A DNA stretch of 64,000 nt from the human T2T-CHM13v2.0 reference genome, Homo sapiens (GCF_009914755.1 NC_060929.1), one strand, 5' to 3'. Positions 1-18,959 are shown, counted from the stretch's first letter. Numbers and translations: made by a program. The notes: generated from the letters alone by a model not told the origin.

Positions 1-857
1 ATATGTATTTAGTATTGGATACTTTTTGCTTCTATGCTTGGGCTCTGGTATTTAAAATTAAGGTGTAATCTTTAGTAACAGTGATACTATATAGCCTAAA
101 TGTGACTGTGTTCTGTTATATCTAAAATTTAGGACTTTTGACTTACAGCCCAGTTTATCAGCTGGAAGACTTGAACTCATTTTTTAACTCATTTTTTATC
201 TTTTCATTCTTGCTTTTAGAATACTGCATTTCATGGAGTTGTATATTCATTTCAATACTTTGTGTTTATGTGTTTTGGAGCAGGGTAGAGGAGAAAATGG
301 GAATGTATAAGGAAAGTTAAAGGAAGGACTTTTGAATTGACTTTCCTATACTGTGGAAACAAGTTTACTTAAATAACATTTTCACTTTTATTGCAAACAA
401 CAGAAAACTAAAGAAATGCTGTGGGATATGATACCATTCAGGTGCTAAGCATGCACATATTTTTAATGACAGGAGTTAGATGTGTTGTAACAGTATTGCT
501 TGTTTGTGAGTTTGGAAATTAATGTTCATGGTTTTGTATAACTTTATGATATTTCTTCCTTAAAATAAGAAATTACCCCTCCAGCCCACAGTTTGAGCCA
601 AAGGGTCTGCTTGAAATTATTAGTTTAAATAATCCTGAGCGCATCTTTTGTAAAGGGCATTTTAAAATGTAATGCTGCCTTGAAAAACAAAGCAAGCATT
701 TTCTTCGTTATATCTAGAGTTTATAACTAAAGAAGTAATATGTGCTATATTTTGCTCTAGTGCCAAGTACCATATTTTGGAATGAATAGAATCAATCTAA
801 AGGCAGTTTACAAAGGCTGAAGGGAGACCCAGTTTGGTAGTCATTGGATCCCTTTGG

Positions 858-907
858 TGGCTTGCACATAGTAAGCACTCAACAAACAATTGTTGAATAA
901 ATGAATT
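858..907 (+). mobile_element. L2 3' end fragment
   Basis: gcacatagtaagcactcaacaaacaattgttgaataaatgaat resembles the L2 3' terminus. Confidence 0.6.
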
Positions 908-1869
908 TGAATATATTTTCAGTTTGGGGACATAGGACTAATTAGAGTGACAGAAGATGGGTGGGGCTTGCTAAATACTGAGCAAGTTTTATAGAGGAAA
1001 GAAAACATGAAACCCAGAAATGGTGGACAACATTGACAGCAAAGAATTGGTGTAATTTAGTTAACTATTTTTATCTGGACAATAAGGTTTGTTTAGTTGG
1101 ATAAGAGAAAGATCTATATACAGAAGTGTTTTGAGTTCTTTCTACTCTTATTTCCACTCTGGCTCTACTTCTGAACCCCCATGTTCACTGCTAAAGAACT
1201 AATTGTAGGCTTGGGGCTAAAATGATCTGCATAATCCAGATACTCATATTAAGAACTGGGAGGAGGTGTTGGGAAAGAGGTATTTCTTACAGTTCTTCAA
1301 TCTTTCCAATTACTCATGTTTCTTAGTATATGTCAGGGTGCCACTGCACTGTCCTCCGTATTCATATGAGGATGTCTAAAAACTAGAATTTAAAATCACA
1401 TATAATTTACAATAAGCTTGTAACTGTCCTAGTATGAAGTTCAGTATCTGAATCTCTAATAATTAGTTACCTAGCTGTTGAGCCACATTGCCATCTACTC
1501 TGATTATCATATGTTTCTTATGATTCTGATATTTTAAACTGGAAGATAAACACCACAGTTTTAGTGTGTTTTATAAAAATTTTATAATTCAGTAACAATC
1601 CATTCCTTTATTTTCTTGGAAGCCAAAACTACATATAGTTTCCTGATATGTTAAGCTTAAACTGTGGAATTTAGAACTTAAAAATTTTCAAGAGCTTCAA
1701 AGTTGAAGACTTTTCTTAATTTTTTTTCAATTGTAGAACCAATGTGAAAAAAAAAACTACATGCTGTTTGGGAAATGGGAAAAATATCAAATTTTATGTT
1801 TTTCCTACTAAGTTTCCTATTAAATTTTTACATAAAAATATTTATGATGAATGTAATTATGGTTAAATA

Positions 1870-2210
1870 CATATATTAATGCTATAAATTTATTCCTCTT
1901 TTAACGTTGGATCATAAAGATTTTCCTAGTTTTCTATATAATGTTCATAATTCTTTAAAATGTTGCCCAGTATTTTGTCAGTGGATGAACCATAATTTAT
2001 TCATTCTATTCTTGCATACTTTTTGCTTTTACTTTTTTTCTATATAAATAATGAGGCAGTGAACATCTTTATATGTAGTTTTTTCCCCCTTTAGGGGCTT
2101 TATTCGCTTAGAGTAGAATCTCTTAAGTGGAAGTAATCCTGTAAGTGGAAGTTGGGTCAAAAGGTTTGAACATTTTTATGGCCTTTAATATATATTTCCA
2201 AAACTAATTT
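1870..2210 (-). mobile_element. Old L1M(E) fragment
   Basis: Antisense L1M 3'-region motifs: ggatgaaccataatttat, aatgaggcagtgaacatc, agtggaagttgggtcaaaagg. Confidence 0.55.
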
Positions 2211-2729
2211 TATTCTGCTATAATCTTTATTTTCATTCACATCTTAATTCATTCAGTAGATTCATTGTGTTTTTCATATAGAATACACACTTCCTATGAA
2301 TATTATTAGGTCATTTAAATGCTCCCGTTTCCCACTATTGTGCCTGTGGTCTCTTTTTACTATATATTTTTAACCTCTTGATGATAAACAGTTGTGGCTT
2401 TTCAAACGGTGTATATCATTTCGAGGTATTATATAGTAAAATTAGCATGGGATCTAAACTGCTATTAGCCAAGTGGCATTTAGGCCAATTCTTAACCCAA
2501 GCCCATGTCTTCAACTGTAAACTGAAGAGGTTCTCAGCTTTTGAGATTTCATGGACTAGTCAGAACAAAGCAAGAAAGTGCTTTTCTGCAGAAATAAAGT
2601 GGTAAGGATATTGTAGATTGGAATGTAAAAAGAAAAGTAATGTCTAGGTAAGACCCATTACTTAGTCTTAATATTTGAAATGTGAAATACCCAGTGTGAT
2701 GTGAACATGGTCATGATCTCATATTCATT

Positions 2730-3840
<1,111 letters not shown>

Positions 3841-4014
3841 GTAAAAATATAGTGTACCAAAACCTGTATCACCTTTCACATTTTAAAAGGAATGGATATT
3901 GAAAAATTTAGTGGCTTGGTCAAATTGTACTAATGATTATTTGGAAATGACTTTTACAGCTGACCTAGAAGATCTCTCCAGTGTTAAATCAGGGTTAAAA
4001 GTAGTACAGTGGAT

Positions 4015-4778
4015 GAAAAAATGCTCATCACTGGCCATCAGAGAAATGCAAATCAAAACTGCAATAAGATACCATCTCACACCAGTTAGAATGGCGATCA
4101 TTAAAAAGTCAGGAAACAACAGGTGCTGGAGAGGATGTGGAGAAATAGGAACACTTTTACATTGTTGTTGGGACTGTAAACTAGTTCAACCATTGTGGAA
4201 GTCAGTGTGGCGATTCCTCAGGGATCTAGAACTAGAAATACCATTTGACCCAGCCATCCCATTACTGGCTATATACCCAAAGGATTATAAATCATGCTGC
4301 TATAAAGACACATGCACACGTATGTTTATTGCGGCACTATTCACAATAGCAAAGACTTGGAACCAACCCAAATATCCAACAACGATAGACTGGATTAAGA
4401 AAATGTGGCACATATACACCATGGAATACTATGCAGCCATAAAAAAGGATGAGTTCATGTCCTTTGTAGGGACGTGGATGAAGCTGGAAACCATCATTCT
4501 CAGGGAACTATTGCAAGGACAAAAAACCAAACACCACATGTTCTCACTCATAGGTGGGAATTGAACAGTGAGAACCCTTGGACACAGGAGGGGGAACATC
4601 ACACACCAGGGACTGTTGTGGGGTGGGGGGAGTGGGGAGGGATAGCATTAGGAGATATACCTAATGCTAAATGACAAGTTAATGGGTGCAGCACACCAAC
4701 ATGGCACATGTATACATATGTAACAAACCTGCACGTTGTGCACGTGTACCCTAGAACTTTAAAGTATAATAATAATAA
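4015..4778 (+). mobile_element. 5'-truncated L1PA (about L1PA3-4): ORF2 C-terminus and 3' UTR
   Basis: Translation matches the ORF2p C-terminus, including the CCHC motif [18 protein letters not shown] and ending MFSLIGGN*. G-rich 3' UTR and AATAAA at 4774. Degenerate 18-bp TSD at 3997-4014 and 4779-4796. Confidence 0.95.
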
Positions 4779-6619
4779 AAAAGTAGCATGGTGGATTATA
4801 ATCTTACTTGATTAAATTACTAGAAGATAATACTATTTCTTTTTAATGCTTTGTTTTCTAGTATATTGACTATATTCTTGTGAGCTTAGAATAACATAAT
4901 GAATGTTCTTTAATAACTATTTTCTATTGTGCAAAGTTCTCTTAGGGCCTTTCTGGTGTATTTGTTTATCCAGCCTCATCTGAAGACTGCCTCTTCAGTT
5001 AGTTTTATACTAAATCCATACATACACTATAATGAAATCTTGTAGTGAGAACTATGTTACTTTGTTCATGAAGGGATTATCTTTACAAATATAATTAAAG
5101 GGATGCTTTTAAAATAAATTTTAAAATGGCAGTAGCTTTTTAGAATTGTTACATGTAGGAACAGTTATAAAGCAGTCAAACTGATGTATCCAAAATAACT
5201 GACCAGGTGACATACTGCCAAAATGAAAATTAGTACTTTCCAAGGTTCTAAGTATACTTAAACAAATGTACTTCATTTTGTTTTTTGGCTTGAGAGGTAG
5301 CATATCAGAATCACCTAGGGATTTTTTTTTTTCAAACTTTAATCCTTTTTTGGAGATGTAAGTTTTTAAGTTTCTCTTTTAGCTGTGTTCCCTTAGACTT
5401 CTCAATCATTCAGTAAGAATTGAATAACTGCAGTGTGTTCAGCAATGAATACTAGATATTTGATATGGACTTTTTTTGAGTCTTCCTCCTGAATTTTACA
5501 TGGCTACCTAAAAGATCTCTCTCTTTTTTGTATTCTATAAAAACATCATCTGTGAGGCATAAAGGAGCAAGGAATCATGTGAGCAGAGTTAGCGAATTAG
5601 ATTTTTAAAAAAATGAGAATGGTGAGATGTGTTTAGTTCTGAAGAATGGAGGAGGAGTTGCTGGATACTAGCGAGGACGTAGAATTGAGGAAAGAAGTTA
5701 GGGTAGGAGATAGTGTAAATGAATTTGGTAGAAAAAATTCAGTACAGCCTACCAGCAGTACTTCAAGTAAAATTAGAAATTGTGAACTGACCTATCTGTT
5801 CCTAAAGGTGTCTTATATTTTAAAAGTTTGCTCAAAAGTCAAATTGAATCTTGTTAGAAACACACTACTTAAAAATATAAACCATGCCTATGTGTTCACA
5901 CTAAGTCCTCAGCAAATACTTCTTCTTTATTAGTTCATAGTTGCCTTTCTACTGATTTGATGGAAAATATATCCTTCTCAAATATATTTCCAAATGAAAA
6001 TCTGCTAATTTGTGACATTTCTAATGGATTATTAGGAAGGAAGGTATTTGATAAGAAGCAAAGAAAAAGTAATCAAATTAGCTCAAGTTCATCTGATATT
6101 GAAATATGATAAGTACTCCTTAGTAACACAGCTTAGCTAGAAACCGCAGATAAAGTGAAGTATCCAAAAAAAAACTCTATTTATATGAGAAGTTTGATTT
6201 AACCTTTGTCTAATATCTAAAGTTAATTATGTGTCCAAAGGTATTGTACTATACTATACTGTCATGTATGTACTTTCAAAAATACATGTATATAAAAATA
6301 CATATATACATATAATATATTCGTATATACAAATATATCCTATGCACTTTGATAGCTCTATTTTGATAACTTGTTTTGTATTTTCCTACCTCACACCTTT
6401 TGATCAAAACATTTACCTCCTTTTTTATCCATCTATCCAAATCATACTTTCTTTCTATCATGATCTTATGTTTTTTTCCCCCCACTGCGGGGAGGTGGCA
6501 TGTCAGAATCCTCTGTGGATTATTTTCAAGCTTAAAATCCTTTCCACCTTTTCTCCTGCCCCAGTTCACTTGATCTTTTCTAGCAGTACCTATGTGTAGG
6601 AGTTATAGAAATTATATGT

Positions 6620-6785
6620 TAGCTTGTCACATTTTCTTACTGTATATCAAGCTAAAGTTTATTTTGTTTTATTTTTACCTTATTTGTCTTCTCAGTCAGA
6701 TTATAAACTCTTAGAGGACACAGTCTGCCTGTGGTGCTTGGTGTCTTACCTGCAACAGGCTTGTAGCAAGTGTTTGCTGATAACT
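6620..6785 (+). mobile_element. L2 3' fragment
   Basis: agattataaactcttagaggacac...caagtgtttgctga resembles the L2 3' end. Confidence 0.5.
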
Positions 6786-8437
6786 GGTGTAGCTCATCTG
6801 GACTGGTTTGAAGAGGTTTGGAAAATATCTCACACTCTTATAAACTGTAAAATTCACCCTTTTAAAGTGTAAAACTCAGTGATTTTTAGTATATTCACAA
6901 AGTTATGCATTCATCATTACTTTCTAGTTCCAGAGCATTTTCATCACCCCCCAAAAAACCACGTTTCCATTAGTGGTCACACCCTGTTGTCTCCAGTCAG
7001 TCCTTGGCAACCATTAATTTACCTTCTGTTGCTGTGGATTTCTGTATTCATATAAGTGGAATCAAATAATGTGCCCTTTTGTGTCTGGCTTCTTTTAATT
7101 GCTCATCTATATTGCAGCATGGATCAGTACTTCATTTCTTTTTAGGACTGAATATACTCCATTGTATGGATATACCACATTTTACTTTTGCTTTGTCGCT
7201 TGATGGACGCATGGATTGTTTTCAACTTTTGACTATTATGAATAATGCTGTTATAAGCATTCATTTGTAAGTTTCTGTGTGGATATGTTTTTACTTCTCC
7301 TGAGTAGGTACAAAGGGGCAAAATTTTTAGGTCATGTGGTAACTATGTTTAACTCTGAGGAACTGTCAGACTGTTTTCCAAAGAGGTGCATGATTTTACA
7401 TTTGTAGTAGCAATGTATGAAGGTTAGACTGTCTTTACATCCTCACCAACACTTGTTATTGTCTGTCTGATTGTATTGGTCCTAGAGGGTGTGAAGTGGT
7501 ATCTCTGTGTGGCTTTGATTTGCATTTTCCTAATGACTGATGATATTAAACACCTTTTTATGTGCTTATTGGTCATTTGTGTATCTTCTTTGGAGCAACA
7601 TTCATCCAAATCTTTTGCCCATTTTTAAATTGGGTTATCTGCCTTTTTATTGTTGAATTATAAGTTGTTAGACATATTCTAGATACAAGTTCCTTATCAG
7701 ATACGTGATTTGCAATATTTGCTCCCATTCTGTGGATTGTCTTTTCACTTTCTTGATAGTGTCCTTTGAAGCACATACATTTTTAATTTTAAAGATCTCT
7801 ATTGTTTTCCTTTGGTTGCTTATGCTTTGGGTGTCATAAGAAACTATTGCCTAATCCAAGGACAGGAAAAGTTACACCCGTGTTTAGTTTTAGCACTTAC
7901 ATTTAATACTCTGATCCATTTTGAGTTAATCTTTTTCATAAGGTATGAGGTAGGGATCCAACTTCATTATTATGTACGTGTTTATCCAATTTTCCATTAC
8001 CATTTGTTGAAAAGACTATTCTTTCCCATTGAATGGTCTTGGCATCCCTGTCAAAAATCAGTTGAATGTAAATTTAAGAGTTTATTTTTGGCTCTCAATT
8101 TTATTCCATCAGTCCATATGTCTGTCCTTACGCCAGTACTACACTGTCTTGATTACTGTGGCTTTGTAGTAAGGTTTGAAAGTGAAATGTGTGAGTCCTC
8201 CAACTTTGTTCTTTTTCAAGATTGTTTTGACTCTTCTGGATCTCTCATTTTCATATGAAGTTTAGGATGTTTGTCATTTTCTGCAAAATAGGCAGCTGCA
8301 ATTTTGATAGGGGTCGTATTAAATCTGTAGATGAGTTTGGGGAGTATTGCCTTTACAATAATATTAAATCTTAACAATCCAAGGGCATGGGAAGACGTTC
8401 CATTTTTTTAAAGCCCTAATTTCCTTTAGTGTTTTGT

Positions 8438-8730
8438 TTGTTTGTTTTGAGACAAACTCTCGCTATATGGCCCAGGCTGGAGAGCAGTGGCATGATCTTG
8501 GCTCACTGTAAAGTCCGCCTCCCTGGTTCAAGTGATTATTGTTCCTTAGCCTCCGAGTAGCTGGGATTACAGTCCTTTGCCACCATGCCTGGCTAATTTT
8601 TGTATTTTTAAGAGAAGGTGCGGTTTCGCCATGTTGGCCAGGCTTGTCTCGAACTCCTGGCCTCAAGTGATCTGCCTGCCTTAGCCTCCCAAAGTGCTGG
8701 GATTACAGGCTTGACCCACCACACCTGGCC
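8438..8730 (-). mobile_element. Alu (Sz/Jb-like)
   Basis: Full antisense Alu; 10-bp TSD agtgttttgt at 8428-8437 and 8731-8740. Confidence 0.93.
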
Positions 8731-8807
8731 AGTGTTTTGTAGATTTAAATGTACAAATATTGCATTTCTTTTGTTAAATTTGTTCCTGTGCATTGTGTTC
8801 TTTTTAA

Positions 8808-9132
<325 letters not shown>

Positions 9133-10189
9133 TGGAATTGCTTTCTTAATTTTACTTCCAGATTGTTCACTGCTAGGGTATGGAAGTGCAGTTGATTTTT
9201 ATATATTGATCTTGTATCCTGCAACCTTGCTGAACTTGTTTATTAATTGTAACTCATGCTCTTCTTTCTAGGGACAGTTTATGTTCTTTAGTTTGGTTCA
9301 TTGTGCCCTCCTCCAGTTTTCCAAATAATACATGTCAACAGTGTTATAAGAAAGAAATTTCTTATTTTCTCAATCCTGCTTTGTGACTTAAACAAACTTA
9401 CGCACATATGAAAAGTAAGATCAGACAACTCAGAAGAAAAACGATATCCACTAAAAACTATGTCAACATTTTCATTTAGTGCTCTGGCTGTAACATAGGA
9501 TTAAAAATTTGAGGATTGTGGTTCAGTAGTTAAAGCAGTAAGCTTTGCCAATAGTGAGGCATCTTGAGTATTTGTTGCGGAAATAAATAAATGCCTGCTA
9601 ACAATGTGTATATAGGGATGCAAAATAAATTCTATTGGTCAGTAATTTCTGAAGTCTTTACTCCACTAGTCAGTAAGTGATTTTCAGTAGTGCATCTGGA
9701 AAGCTTGAGTCATACAGGGGAAAAAAAAAAAAAAAAGCAAGGAGGGAAGAAACAAAAGGAAGTAAGATTAATAATTTGAATTTTGTTAATACAGATAATA
9801 TTGTGATTTAAATAAATCTATTGATTAGGAACAAAAGAGGAAAAAATAACAGATTACAGTATTATTCCTCAAGTTCAAACTTCTGTGTTTCTTAATGCCA
9901 GAATCAAACCTAAAATGTCAAACACACATATAAAAAGATGCCCAAACTTACTAGCAGTTAGAGAAATAAAGAGTAAAAATCTAGCTAGCTTATTATGTAT
10001 TTTGTTGATCAGTAAGGATAAAGTGTTGAAAGTATGCTTCATATACTATAAAGTATGCTTGTTTAATAAGTTGTATCCTCTATTATCATTAATATTGTTG
10101 TTCTTATCAGTGACCTTTAGGTCTTAAAATAGATGTAGAGAAGGGTAGTGTAATCCTGCCTTTAAAAAAAAATTCATCAAATGCTTTAT

Positions 10190-10670
<481 letters not shown>

Positions 10671-11959
10671 CTTTTTTTAAAATTTAGTCTTTAACTTTTA
10701 ATTGGCATACTATATTGCTTCTCCACTACCTTTGAACTTATTCCTAGGTGGATTATATAATAAATAATATTCCTTGGAGTTTTAAATTGTATTAAATAAG
10801 ATTTAAAGTAGAATTTTAAAATTGGATTTTGATTTTACTTCAGAAAACTCTCAAGTGTTTGCTTTGGGAAATCGAAGAAAACATTTGCCCATTGTTGTAA
10901 TGCTGCTGTATTTCCCAATTGTGATTTCCAAAATTTCTTTGATTCTCACTTTGGGAAATGGGGTCTTGAAATTCATGAAATCCAGTTTTGGGTCCAGAAG
11001 CAAATAGACTCAGTGAAAGAGACAGTCATGGGAGAACCCCTTAAATAGTTTTAGGACAAAAAGTTACAGTTTAAAGAGAAGGATGGGTAAATGTTGAAGA
11101 AAACTTAATACCTCTTGTTTTCTCTATGTTGAAGACTTTTGGTTTTGCATTAAGTCTTGCCTGCATTAAAAAAAAAGTGTAATGTGATTGTCTTATGTAC
11201 TTACAAATTAATATGTATTGTATCTTTAATTGCATCTCTGTGGAATTTTTATATCATTTGCTTTCTTTGTTTTATACCTTTCTTTGGGAATCTCATATTC
11301 AGTGCAGACTGTTGTAATGAGTTTGGTTTGTTGACCTGGTGAGCAGTAGGATTTTGTAAAAGGAAATTCAGCTTAAAGCATTCAGAACTTTGGCTGTTGT
11401 GCCCTTTCAAAAGTGAATTTTTAAATAGGTTTAAAATAAATGACTGCCTCCAAAGGATTGCTTTCTAAATTTTGTGTTAGAGACATGCTTGCCTCCTGAT
11501 TTTGTATTTTAGCCCCAAAGTGAATTAAGCTTTCCTGCTTGAGTTGGTGAATATTACTTAAGTACATGTATATACACAGAGTTAAAAACCTGCTAGTACT
11601 CAAAAATCAGTCCTGTATTGTATAGAGATTTGCCTGCTGATGGATCAGGTGTTGTTTTCAGTATACTGTTCTTGGACTTTATGACAGACTAGGGGTACTT
11701 AATGCCTGAGTTGATAATCACATTATTACTTCTTACACTTTGTTTATAGAATCTAGAAGGAGTTAAACAGAAAAGTATTTTTCTGTTCCTTCCTTATGAT
11801 TTAGAAAATAGAAAAAGTCTTCGCTAAAGCCTTTAATAGCCTTATTCTTAGTGATGATGATGATTATATTAATAGCAATGATGGCCAGTATTTGTCATGA
11901 GCTCACTGTTTTGAATATTTGACTGGCATTATTTAATCTTCACTACAGTTCTTGAGGTA

Positions 11960-12260
11960 TAATCAGCCCTTCATATTTGAGAGTCACACATTTGCAGATT
12001 CAGCCAAGCACAGATTGGAAATATTCAGGAAAAGAAACCAATAAAAAAAATACAAAAACATTTAAAGTGCAGTATAAAAACTATGTAGCATTTACATTGT
12101 ATTTGGTATTATAAGTATTCTATTAATGATGTAAAGTATACAGGAAGGTGTGCATTTTATATGCAAATACTACACCATTTTAAATTAGAGACTTTAGCGT
12201 CCATGAATTTCATATCTACAGGGATCCTGGAACCAGTCCCCTCAGGGCCAAAGGGGACTG
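11960..12260 (-). mobile_element. MER2 (TcMar-Tigger), inserted in a MIR
   Basis: agcatttacattgtatttggtattataagta...atatgcaaatactacaccatttt...cctggaaccagtccc; MIR motifs on both flanks (ggaaactgatgcttacaaagaatgtgacttgctcaag). Confidence 0.85.
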
Positions 12261-12399
12261 TCTAGCTATAATATCTCCACTTTCCAAATTAGGAAACTGA
12301 TGCTTACAAAGAATGTGACTTGCTCAAGAGATGAGAGAAGGAAGTCCCATGAGCAATTCAGTCAACATAATTACAATGAATGTATGCTCTCCTTAAGTT

Positions 12400-12500
12400 T
12401 AGTTAGACTCCTGACCTCCTTGAGGTCAGGGACTTAATATGTTTATTTCTTTAATTCTAGTACCAAGCACAGCACCCAGCATATGGCATATGCTCGGGTT
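12400..12500 (+). mobile_element. L2 3' fragment
   Basis: ctccttgaggtcagggac...agcacagcacccagcatatggcatatgctc. Confidence 0.6.
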
Positions 12501-12787
12501 TTTTTTGTTTTGTTTTGTTTTGTTTTTTTAATAAAGAAATGAAGTTGCGAGAGGCTGATTCATTAGCTTTAGCTGTAAGTCTTCTGGAGGGAATCCATAC
12601 CAATTTCATTTACATTGCATGATTTTTTTTCCTTTGCCTTGGAATACCGCTTGGCAGGGGACCTAGTAAGTTCCTGTTCATTCTTCAAGTTCCAGCGTAA
12701 TTCCATCTTTTCTTTGATGCCTTCCTTGTCTCTTTTAGGCAGAATTAATTGTTCCCTTTTCTATCCACTCCCTTTTTTTCCCCAGCC

Positions 12788-15260
<2,473 letters not shown>

Positions 15261-15289
15261 GCCCCTCTTTTTAAACTTTAATATATTAG

Positions 15290-15462
15290 TAATACCTATT
15301 ATTTTCATATTGTAATTATCTACTTCCTCTAGCCTGGGAATTCTTTATAGGTCGGGGAGGGGACAGTGGTAGGCTTTATCTAACTCATCTTAGTTATTGT
15401 CAGTCTCAAGTATGATTTCTGGCACTTGGTGGGTGCTCACTAAATGTTTGGGCTGAATGAAT
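15290..15462 (+). mobile_element. L2 3' end
   Basis: tctggcacttggtgggtgctcactaaatgtttgggctgaatgaat. Confidence 0.65.
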
Positions 15463-16019
15463 TCATATAAACAAGCTAAAAATAGACTTGTAGATAAATG
15501 ATGGAGAACTTTATTTAAACTTTGTCTTCTCTGAATTACTGTCATTTGCTTTGTGATTTTAGGCTACTTCTTAGTTTATGAGCACCATTTCTCAAGGCTG
15601 CATTCTTTAAGAAATATTAATATTTGAGGAGATACTACACCATCCAAAGATTGCCGCTAGTATTTTCTAAGATGTTTTTTAGGGAAAAAATTTAAGAATG
15701 GAGGGAAGAACCTAATCAGTGAAAGATGTGATCATAAATAAGCAGACAGATTTATAGGAATAAACAGGTTAAGAATTTGAATATAGAAATATAGAAAGGA
15801 ATATATTAGATTAAATTATAGAGTCCTAAAGTAGAGTGTAAGCCAGAATTATATGTGCTCTTACACATACCACATACTGTATAGGATTGTTTATGAGGTT
15901 CAGTTGAGATAATATAAATAGAAGTGCTCGTAAGTAGGATGTTTGTTTCTGCAAAATGAATTTTATTAAATATTTAGTGTACTGTAGATAAAGTGATTCT
16001 TAAGAATTTTTAAAAACTG

Positions 16020-16312
<293 letters not shown>

Positions 16313-16313
16313 G

Positions 16314-16829
16314 CAGTTATGTATTGCCATGTAACAAATTACACCAAAATTTAGCAGTTTAGAGCAATAAATATTTATTATCTTAGTATTCCTATGGGCC
16401 AGGAATATGGCTACAGCTTAGTTGAATGCCCTTTTACTCATGGTATCTCAGGAGGCTATAGTCTTCCTATAGTTAGGGTCAGTTGAAGCTGCAGTCATCA
16501 CAAGGTTTGACTGGCAGAGAATCTGTTCCAAGCTTAATCACTTGGCTCTTGGTGAGCCATAGGTTGCCTATAGCTGTTGGCTGGATACCTCAGTTTCTTG
16601 CCACCTGTGTCTCACCTTAAAGCAGCTCACAACATGGCAGCTGACTTCCCTTAAAGTGACTAAGAGAGGGTACCACAACAGAAGCCAGTCTTTTTGTAAC
16701 CTAATCTCAGAAGTGACATGCCATCCCTTTTGCCATATTCTATATTTGTTAGAAGTAAACACACAATAGGAGGGAATTACACAAGGTGGATGGCGTAATT
16801 GAAGGCTGTCTTAAAGGCTGCCTATCACA
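16314..16829 (-). mobile_element. MaLR solo LTR (MLT1F/G-like)
   Basis: gttatgtattgccatgtaacaaattacaccaaaatttagcag...acctaatctcagaagtgacatgccatc...ctgcctatcaca. Confidence 0.8.
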
Positions 16830-16914
16830 GTGCAATTAGTATGGCATTAGTATGAGAATTCCAGTGATGCAAAAGTGAAAAATTCGACAAAAACAAGTAC
16901 AGGAAGCAAGTTGA

Positions 16915-16942
16915 GGTTGGTTGGTTGGTTGGTTGGTTGGTT
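16915..16942. repeat. (GGTT)7 microsatellite
   Basis: Read directly. Confidence 0.95.
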
Positions 16943-17570
16943 TTACAACTTTTAATGCATAGAGGGTAAATTGGCCAAAAAAAATTAGTCAAGAACAGAA
17001 ATATGTAGCTTGTCAGCAGTTAGTTGGAAAGGGGTAATAAGCAATGAATTTGAATAATTTACTAAGAGATAATATTACTGTAATGTGTGTGTTCATGGGA
17101 TCAGTTCATCTCTTCCTATGTATTTCTCATTTCTGTGTTGGTTCTGACGCAGGAGTTTTTTCCTGTTTGAGTGAGATCCACTAATGGAGGATTGTTATTT
17201 GATGCTTAGGACTTGGGATTGAGCAGAAAACACTACTGTTGGCTTGTAAGATCATAATCGGTGTTTTGAATATGGAATATACTACCTTCTTAAATTTAGT
17301 TTTACATGTGTGAGTGAGGCGGTTTCCCCTGTGCAGTTTTTCCTTGCACTTCTCCTTCCTGAACCAATCTTAATGAGGAATGTGTGTGACATGTACCAAA
17401 AACTTCAAAACTTTAAGATAGAGAAAATATTTTGAAGATGCCTATTCATAAATTATTTATTGGTTTAATTTATTTTCAATAAAAATTTCAGTGAGATGTT
17501 AGGTAGGCGCAATATTTCTGAAATTTATCTAAAAAATAAGAAAGTCAAAGAAAATTCTGAAAACTATGTT

Positions 17571-17914
<344 letters not shown>

Positions 17915-18959
17915 TTACTACATATTAAAATGTCATTTCAAGCAGTAGTAGCTAAAACATCAATACATCATGATAAATCAGTGGATGAGAACAACCCGAA
18001 AATAAAACCCTACCATTTCTGCGAATGAAGTATATAATCATTATCTAATATAGCTAATATGTAATATGTAGTATATAACATGTAATGAATATACATAAGA
18101 TGTGTAAAGGAATTCTGCATTTTTAGACCTCCCACAACAATTTTAAATAGTGACAGTGATACGAATAATATTATGATTATTTTGGGACTCTTTTAACATT
18201 AATTTTAACAAGAATGTATTTTGTGTTAAGTATAATCTTGGTTGCTGGGGTTACATAATTTATCATCCTGTTAAAATCATTTTGTTGTCTCTATTAGTCT
18301 TTTCATTAAGAGTGATATGTCCTTTTTTCTATCAAACTACTAATGTCTTTTAGAAATTATTTCTGCTACCAGGACAGATTTTGTTTTACTTATTGCTTAA
18401 GATTGTTAACTTGCAAAACGAAGTGAAGTGAAAATTTAATCAACTGTGTAGACTGTCCTAACTACCTTAATCAAGTAAAAGAATTTACTTGACTTTGTTG
18501 CAATCTGAGCTTTTATTTTGTCAAAGTCTAGTTATCTTATTAAGTCTTCAGTAGAAGATATAATTAATACTTGGTGATTTCTAAATCTGAATATTGGAGA
18601 AAAGGGCACCAAATTGAAGAATGCTAGATTTTAAATATTTTCTAGAACTTTAATCTATATGTTCCTCAAGGGGAATTATTGTTAAGCACTGTCTTGATGT
18701 GGGAAAATAGATCCACAAGAAACAGGAGTTTCTTCTTCCCAGCCCCTAAAGATACACTACATTGTAACTTTAGACTTGACTGAATTTTTCAATGTAGTGC
18801 TGTCTTTGCATAGGTGTATGTCTTTGCACAGATGGTGACTAGTAGAATGTGGATTCCGCTTCTCATCCCATCATACTTGTTTAGTTTTTCCGGGTGAATA
18901 TATAGCCAAGTTTTAAAAGCAATGCTCTGAGATTCTTACTCCACATCTTGTTAAATGGC

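Noticed and set aside
4617-4640. G-quadruplex-like G-rich tract
   Set aside because: It is the ordinary L1PA 3' UTR polypurine tract, also present at about 28470-28495 on the minus strand.
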